In this document: positions 58,863-64,000 of the stretch, piece by piece
Layout: every line of letters starts with the position of its first letter
Position numbering within the stretch: position 1 is the stretch's first letter
NCBI GenBank assembly: GCA_963829055.1
Contig: CAWHHI010000003.1
Location: 480,001-544,000, forward strand
Reading direction: 5' to 3'
Length of the DNA: 64,000 nt
DNA from: an uncultured Gemmatimonadaceae bacterium
GTDB taxonomy: Bacteria; Gemmatimonadota; Gemmatimonadetes; Gemmatimonadales; Gemmatimonadaceae
The notes under the pieces: model-generated
Database searches by the model: none
Told to the model about the DNA's origin: nothing
What the model saw: only the letters and a program-made list of their open reading frames with translations
Made by a program: the position numbers and the translations under genes

Positions 58863-60245
58863 GTGGAGATCGAGTTCGTCGGCGCCGCGCGCGAAGTCAC
58901 CGGATCGTGTCACGTGCTCCGTGTTGCCGGGAAGACCGTATTGCTGGATTGCGGTCTGTTTCAGGGCAAGCGGAACGAGAGTCACGAGAAGAATCTCCGG
59001 CTTCCACTAGCCATCGAGGAGATCGATGCCGTGGTGCTGTCACACGCGCACATTGATCATGCTGGTCGCCTGCCGTTTCTCGTGCGACATGGGTACGAAG
59101 GGACAATCTGGTGCACTCCGGCCACGCGCGACCTGTGCGCCGTGATGCTCGCCGACTCGGCGCACATTCAGGAGAAGGACGCCGAGTTTCTCGCGCGGCG
59201 CGGCAAGGAGGCCATCGAGCCGTTGTACTCGATGCGGCACGCGACGCGTACGATCGAACTCATGACGGCTGTTCCGTACCGGCGCGCGTTCGATGTCGTC
59301 CCCGGAGTTCGCGCGACATTCATCGATGCCGGTCACATTCTCGGCTCGGCCTCGGTGATGCTGGATTGCACCGAGGGCAACACGACTCGTCGGTTCGTTT
59401 TCTCCGGAGACATTGGCCGATCCGGACTGCCCATCATCCGCGATCCTGAACCGCCTGACGGTGCGGATGTCCTCATCATGGAATCGACGTACGGAAATCG
59501 GACGCACGAATCCACCGACGGTGCGCGCGCGCGGCTAGCCGCCGTCGTTCGCGAAACCGCCGCGCGCGGGGGCCGAGTCCTGATTCCCGCGTTCGCGGTC
59601 GGACGGACGCAGGAGCTGGTGTACGACCTGCACGTGCTCGCGGCGGCGGGCGCGATTCCGTCCATCCCGATTTACATCGACAGTCCACTCGCGATCGACA
59701 CCACGTCGGTGTTCGAGATGCATCCCGATGTGTTCGATCACGGCGAAGATCTCGTTCGAACCGTCACGGACCTGTTTCGATTCGAGCTCGTGCACTACAC
59801 GCGCGATGTCGAGGCATCGAAAGCGATCTCCAGGACGAACGGCCCGATGGTGATCATCGCGGCGTCGGGTATGGCGGAAACGGGACGCATTCTCCACCAT
59901 CTCGCGCAGGGCGCATCGGATCCGCGGAACACGATACTGATCGTAGGATTCCAGGCCGAGCACACGCTCGGGCGCCGCATCGTCGAGCGCCAGCCAACGC
60001 TGCGCATCTTCGGTGACGACGTGCCACTACGTGCTCAGGTCGAGGTGGTCAGCGGATACAGCGCTCACGCCGACAGACAGGAGTTGGGCTCGTGGCTAGA
60101 CCGAGTGAGCGAGCGATCCCCTGGGCTCCGTCAGGTGTGGCTCGTGCATGGTGAGCCACCTGCACAGGACGAACTCGCGACAACCTTACGTGCGAAGGGA
60201 TTCACCGTCGGGTGCCCGTCGCCTCAGGAGCGACACGGATTTTGA
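58863..60245 (+). CDS. MBL/beta-CASP ribonuclease-like protein
   Basis: GAAREVTGS, DCG, SHAHIDHAG, AGHILGS, SGDIG, ESTYG, PAFAVGR, SAHAD, VHGE. Confidence 0.92.
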   Translation: MEIEFVGAAREVTGSCHVLRVAGKTVLLDCGLFQGKRNESHEKNLRLPLAIEEIDAVVLSHAHIDHAGRLPFLVRHGYEGTIWCTPATRDLCAVMLADSAHIQEKDAEFLARRGKEAIEPLYSMRHATRTIELMTAVPYRRAFDVVPGVRATFIDAGHILGSASVMLDCTEGNTTRRFVFSGDIGRSGLPIIRDPEPPDGADVLIMESTYGNRTHESTDGARARLAAVVRETAARGGRVLIPAFAVGRTQELVYDLHVLAAAGAIPSIPIYIDSPLAIDTTSVFEMHPDVFDHGEDLVRTVTDLFRFELVHYTRDVEASKAISRTNGPMVIIAASGMAETGRILHHLAQGASDPRNTILIVGFQAEHTLGRRIVERQPTLRIFGDDVPLRAQVEVVSGYSAHADRQELGSWLDRVSERSPGLRQVWLVHGEPPAQDELATTLRAKGFTVGCPSPQERHGF

Positions 60246-60841
60246 GCACTGCGCCGCGCACGAGTCAGATGGCAGGTGACCGGCGGCTGTCGACGCCGGA
60301 GCGCATCCTGTATGCGGCCGCGACGCGAATCGTGGCCGGAGGCACGGCGAACCTGAGCATGCAGGACGTCGCCGACGCGGCAGGCGTCAGCAAAGGGCTC
60401 ATCCACTATCACTTCCACGACAAGGAAACACTGCTCACGCGGCTGATCGAATGGATGACACAGGAATCCATCGATCGAGAGGCCGCGACGTTGGCGCTCA
60501 GTGCACCCAAGACCGCGGTGGACGACCTCTGGACCTGGGTTGCCGGGGAAATCGACCGTGGCCATTTGCGTGTGCTCAACGAGCTCGCGCAGGAGCGGGG
60601 GCCGCTGATCAGCGATGCCATTCGACGGTCCGCCCGCGTGCGCCGGGAGGCCGCGATGGTCACTGTGGACCGCCTGTTTGCTCTGCTCGAGCTGCGTCCG
60701 CGGGTTCCGGTTCAGTTGCTCGCGGACGTGATCGTCGCGTTCATCGACGGGCTCGCGATCCACGCCTCGCTCGCGCCCGACGCGAACCATCGGGTGGCCT
60801 TCGACGTCCTCTGGCTCTCCCTGCTCAGTCTCGCGGAGTAG
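60242..60841 (+). CDS. TetR family regulator (start TTG 60242 or ATG 60269)
   Basis: SMQDVADAAGVSKGLIHYHFHDKETL HTH. Confidence 0.9.
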   Translation: MSTAPRTSQMAGDRRLSTPERILYAAATRIVAGGTANLSMQDVADAAGVSKGLIHYHFHDKETLLTRLIEWMTQESIDREAATLALSAPKTAVDDLWTWVAGEIDRGHLRVLNELAQERGPLISDAIRRSARVRREAAMVTVDRLFALLELRPRVPVQLLADVIVAFIDGLAIHASLAPDANHRVAFDVLWLSLLSLAE

Positions 60842-60862
60842 CCGATTGGTTAGTTTCGCCGC

Positions 60863-61480
60863 ATGAAGTCGTCATTGCGTCTCGGCAGTCGTGTTCTGAT
60901 CGGAGTCATGATTGCCGTGATCGCAACGTGGGTCGCGTCGGCGGCTGCCGTGGTGGTCTGGGGCACGCGGGACAGGGCACGTGCATCCGACGCGATCGTC
61001 GTCCTTGGGGCAGCGCAGTACGTCGGTCGCCCGTCGCCGGTGTTGCGCGCGCGGCTGGATCACGCGCTCGACCTCTGGCATCGCGGACTCGCCCCGAGGC
61101 TGATTGTGACTGGCGGCATGGGCGTCGGGGACACGACGAGTGAAGCCGCCGTGAGTCGCAACTACGCGCTGCGCCACGGTGTGCCGGATACGGCGATTCT
61201 CATGGAGAACGAGGGTCGCACCACACGGGAATCACTCGCCGCAGTCTCGACCATCATGCACGCGCGGCAGCTGCACAGCGCGATCCTGGTGAGCGATCCG
61301 TTCCACATGCTGCGCCTCCGCGTCCTATCGACGCAGTACGGCGTGGACGCGTACACGTCACCCACAAAGACGAGTCCCATCTCGGCCAATCGGGGGCAGG
61401 CGCTTGGCTACGTGCTGAGTGAGTCGATCAAGGTGCCGATGATGATCGTCGCGCATACGTTTGCGCTCGATCAGCCCTAG
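60863..61480 (+). CDS. YdcF/DUF218 family protein
   Basis: N-terminal TM, DAIVVLG, RLDHA, VTGG, SEA, TTRE, VSDPFHMLR. Confidence 0.9.
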   Translation: MKSSLRLGSRVLIGVMIAVIATWVASAAAVVVWGTRDRARASDAIVVLGAAQYVGRPSPVLRARLDHALDLWHRGLAPRLIVTGGMGVGDTTSEAAVSRNYALRHGVPDTAILMENEGRTTRESLAAVSTIMHARQLHSAILVSDPFHMLRLRVLSTQYGVDAYTSPTKTSPISANRGQALGYVLSESIKVPMMIVAHTFALDQP

Positions 61481-61545
61481 GTGGCATGGCTGCCACCGCA
61501 CGCTAGCGCTGCGACGCGAGACCGCCCACCCTACTGCACTGCCGC

Positions 61546-61995
61546 ATGATGCACGGTCGGATGCGTTCACCATTCGGGATCGCCGGTATCTCGCACGCCG
61601 CAGGCGTCGTGCTATCGGTGGTTGGATCGGCGCGCGCGCTCGCGGCTCAGGTCATTCGCGAGCCGGTGCTCCTGTTCGAGCCGGGTGTGGTGACCATTAA
61701 CGCCGCGTCCGCTCCGTTGCCGACGGGCTCATCGACCGGGCTCAACGGAGAGTCGGACCGTCTCTACGTCAACGACCTCGTCATCCAAGGCGCCGCGCTG
61801 TTCCCCATCGGACAGAAATGGATGGCCGACATGGGGTCGCTCTGGTCACGCCTGACGATTTATGGAATACTCGAGCAGAATCTGACGCCGTCGCGTAACG
61901 CCACAACGCAGAAGGTCGATCGGCTCAACCCGACATTTCTGTACGGCGTTTCGATTCCGATCTGGAGCGCGCGAGATTCCGGTCACGCACCATGA
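61546..61995 (+). CDS. Hypothetical exported protein
   Basis: Signal-like ARALAA-Q; protein-like composition. Confidence 0.5.
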   Translation: MMHGRMRSPFGIAGISHAAGVVLSVVGSARALAAQVIREPVLLFEPGVVTINAASAPLPTGSSTGLNGESDRLYVNDLVIQGAALFPIGQKWMADMGSLWSRLTIYGILEQNLTPSRNATTQKVDRLNPTFLYGVSIPIWSARDSGHAP

Positions 61996-62860
61996 GCGCA
62001 TTGGAGATCCACCGCCAGTACGCGTCGCTCCCGACGTGACCAACATCGTTGTGCCCGGCGTCGCGAACGACGAGCAGCTCACCGGGTACGCGTGCTCTCG
62101 CGAACAGCTCGCGACCCATCGCCACCGGCACGAGCCAGTCGCGTTCGCCGTGTGAGATCCAGACCGGCACATCGATCCCGTCGAGGCGCGTACGAGTGTC
62201 GTAGTGCACGCGCGCGATGAGCTTCCAAAGCACCTGAACGGGGCGCGTGGACACGATGCGCGCCATGTCTCGCGCGGACGTGAACGGCGACTGCAGCAGG
62301 AGAGCCGTCACGGACTCCGGATGCGCACCGAGCACCTCAGCGGCGAGCTCTGTCGCGACGGCGCTGCCGAGCGAATGACCATACACCGCGATCGGCGGAG
62401 TCGCGTCGTGAGAGGCAATGCTCGTCGTGCTCGCTATCGCATGCGCCATACGCCACGCCGCTCGCGCGTCTCGCTGAACGCCGACATACGTCGGCGCACC
62501 AGATAGTCCGCCGTACCCACGATACTCCGCGAGCAGGACGCACCATCCCGTTCTCCGGGCGAGCTCCTGCCCCCATGCGATCTGCCACGTCGCCAGATCG
62601 GCGTTGCCGTGAAAGGCGACCAGTACGCCGCGTGGTGTTCCGGCCGGGTCAACTCGATAGCCGTACAGCGGCTGGCCGTCGTCGGCGGTGTACTCGACGC
62701 GTCGCGCACCCGATGGTGCCGTCGGCGATTCAACAGGCGGCTGGTATGCAATGCGCTCCTGCTGCCACCACACGCCGCCGACCATCGCGACGAGCAGCAT
62801 CACTGCGCCGATCACGACGACCGCGACGGTCAGCAACAGTGCGGTCATCCGGTTACGCAC
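61925..62860 (-). CDS. Membrane-anchored alpha/beta hydrolase
   Basis: FHGNA, EYRGYG, GHSLG, SPFTS, HGERD, AGHND. Confidence 0.88.
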   Translation of the reverse strand: MRNRMTALLLTVAVVVIGAVMLLVAMVGGVWWQQERIAYQPPVESPTAPSGARRVEYTADDGQPLYGYRVDPAGTPRGVLVAFHGNADLATWQIAWGQELARRTGWCVLLAEYRGYGGLSGAPTYVGVQRDARAAWRMAHAIASTTSIASHDATPPIAVYGHSLGSAVATELAAEVLGAHPESVTALLLQSPFTSARDMARIVSTRPVQVLWKLIARVHYDTRTRLDGIDVPVWISHGERDWLVPVAMGRELFARARVPGELLVVRDAGHNDVGHVGSDAYWRWISNALMVRDRNLARSRSESKRRTEMSG

Positions 62861-62907
62861 ACGCCAACGGGGTTCCTCTGAATATTGGGGAGGTACAAGT
62901 TACGCGA

Positions 62908-64000
62908 ATGCAAATACCGATCGACACCTTTCGATTGCCGAACGGATTGTTTGTCACGCTCTCCGAGGACCACACGGCCCCGCTCGTTGCGGTGAACCTG
63001 TGGTACCACGTCGGATCTGCGAACGAACGCGCCGGTCGCACCGGATTCGCGCATCTCTTCGAGCACATGCTCTTCCAGGGCTCGGCGAACGTCGCGGCGA
63101 ACGAACATTTCGAGCTCGTTCAGCGGGCAGGTGGAACGCTCAACGGCTCCACGTGGCTCGACCGGACCAACTACTTCGAGACGGTACCGTCGAACCAACT
63201 TGCGCTCGCGTTATGGTTGGAGGCCGATCGCATGGGCCGGCTGCTGCCCGCGATGACGCAGCAGAAGCTCGACACGCAGCGCGATGTGGTGAAGAACGAG
63301 CGTCGATGGTCGGTGGACAACCAGCCGTACGGCACGTGGTGGGAAAAACTACCGGCGCTGGCGTTTCCTCCGGACCACCCGTTTCACCACTCGCTCATCG
63401 GGTCGATGGAAGACCTGTCCGAGGCGAGCCTCGATGACGTCGCGCAGTTCTTCGCGACGTACTACACGCCCGACAACGCGGTGCTCTCGATCGCCGGTGA
63501 CTTCGACCCTGACGAAGCGCGTCGGCTGGTCGAGGAGTACTTCGGTCCGATCGCGCGTGGGGCCGACCGCCCACCGCTCCCGCCGATGACGGTACCGCCG
63601 ACGTTCGGAGAGTGGCGGCGCGAGGTCGTGAGTGACGCGGTGATGCTGCCGCGGCTCTACCTCGCGTTCCGGTCGCCGGTGTTCGGCAGTGAAGCGTACT
63701 ACGCGGCCAGCGTCACCGGAGCAATTCTCGGCATGCGGCGTGGCAGCAGGCTTCACCGCACACTGGTGCGCGAGCGACAAGTCGCCGCGGAGGCGACCGC
63801 GTTCACGTTCGACCTGCCGAAAGGCAGTGACCTCCTCGTCATCGACGTCACGGCGCGGCCGGGCGTCGAAGCCGAAGTAATGGAGCGTGAAGTCGCGCGC
63901 GAGATCGACGTACTGCAAACCGACGGCGTGACGAGCGACGAGCTCGAACGCGCGGTCGCGCTCATCGAAACTGATTTCATCGCGTCGATGCAAGCGGCCG
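62908..64000 (+). CDS. M16 family zinc peptidase, runs off window (not in ORF track)
   Basis: Hand translation MQIPIDTFRLPNGL...WYHVGSANE...GFAHLFEHMLFQGS; YYTPDNA. Confidence 0.93.
   Translation, partial: MQIPIDTFRLPNGLFVTLSEDHTAPLVAVNLWYHVGSANERAGRTGFAHLFEHMLFQGSANVAANEHFELVQRAGGTLNGSTWLDRTNYFETVPSNQLALALWLEADRMGRLLPAMTQQKLDTQRDVVKNERRWSVDNQPYGTWWEKLPALAFPPDHPFHHSLIGSMEDLSEASLDDVAQFFATYYTPDNAVLSIAGDFDPDEARRLVEEYFGPIARGADRPPLPPMTVPPTFGEWRREVVSDAVMLPRLYLAFRSPVFGSEAYYAASVTGAILGMRRGSRLHRTLVRERQVAAEATAFTFDLPKGSDLLVIDVTARPGVEAEVMEREVAREIDVLQTDGVTSDELERAVALIETDFIASMQAA

Noticed and set aside
61925..61995. 71-bp convergent overlap as an antisense system
   Set aside because: Both tails are non-conserved-looking; such overlaps are common in high-GC genomes and could come from an indel error

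Overview
GC-rich bacterial chromosome segment, probably Gemmatimonadota (an inference from the L34 N-terminus [10 protein letters not shown], a GWxTD protein and overall gene content). It spans the replication origin: dnaN-oriC-dnaA divergent from rpmH-rnpA-yidD-yidC-(MBL hydrolase)-mnmE, with RNase P RNA (rnpB) just beyond dnaN. mnmG and parS-parA-parB-bactofilin lie about 26-34 kb away on the dnaN side. Also present: the end of the his operon, M16 peptidases, a divergent MurB, TerC, ABC-F, a BMP-type ABC operon, polA, a type IV pilin, a cold-shock gene, a GWxTD/Ser-Thr kinase/His kinase/AraC cluster, pyrE and upp. I found no tRNA, rRNA, CRISPR array, transposase or integrase. About eight reading-frame breaks (including in dnaA) are all +1 and are most likely sequencing insertions. 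The strongest unexplained signals are: (1) a non-palindromic octamer GCCTAACG counted by hand 28 times (33 for CCTAACG) on both strands, mostly inside genes where it forces rare codons; (2) an rnpA frame with no canonical start codon; (3) several apparently leaderless genes, including a symmetric back-to-back promoter; (4) a B. subtilis-like DnaA-trio origin with variant DnaA boxes. All counts and alignments were done by eye.
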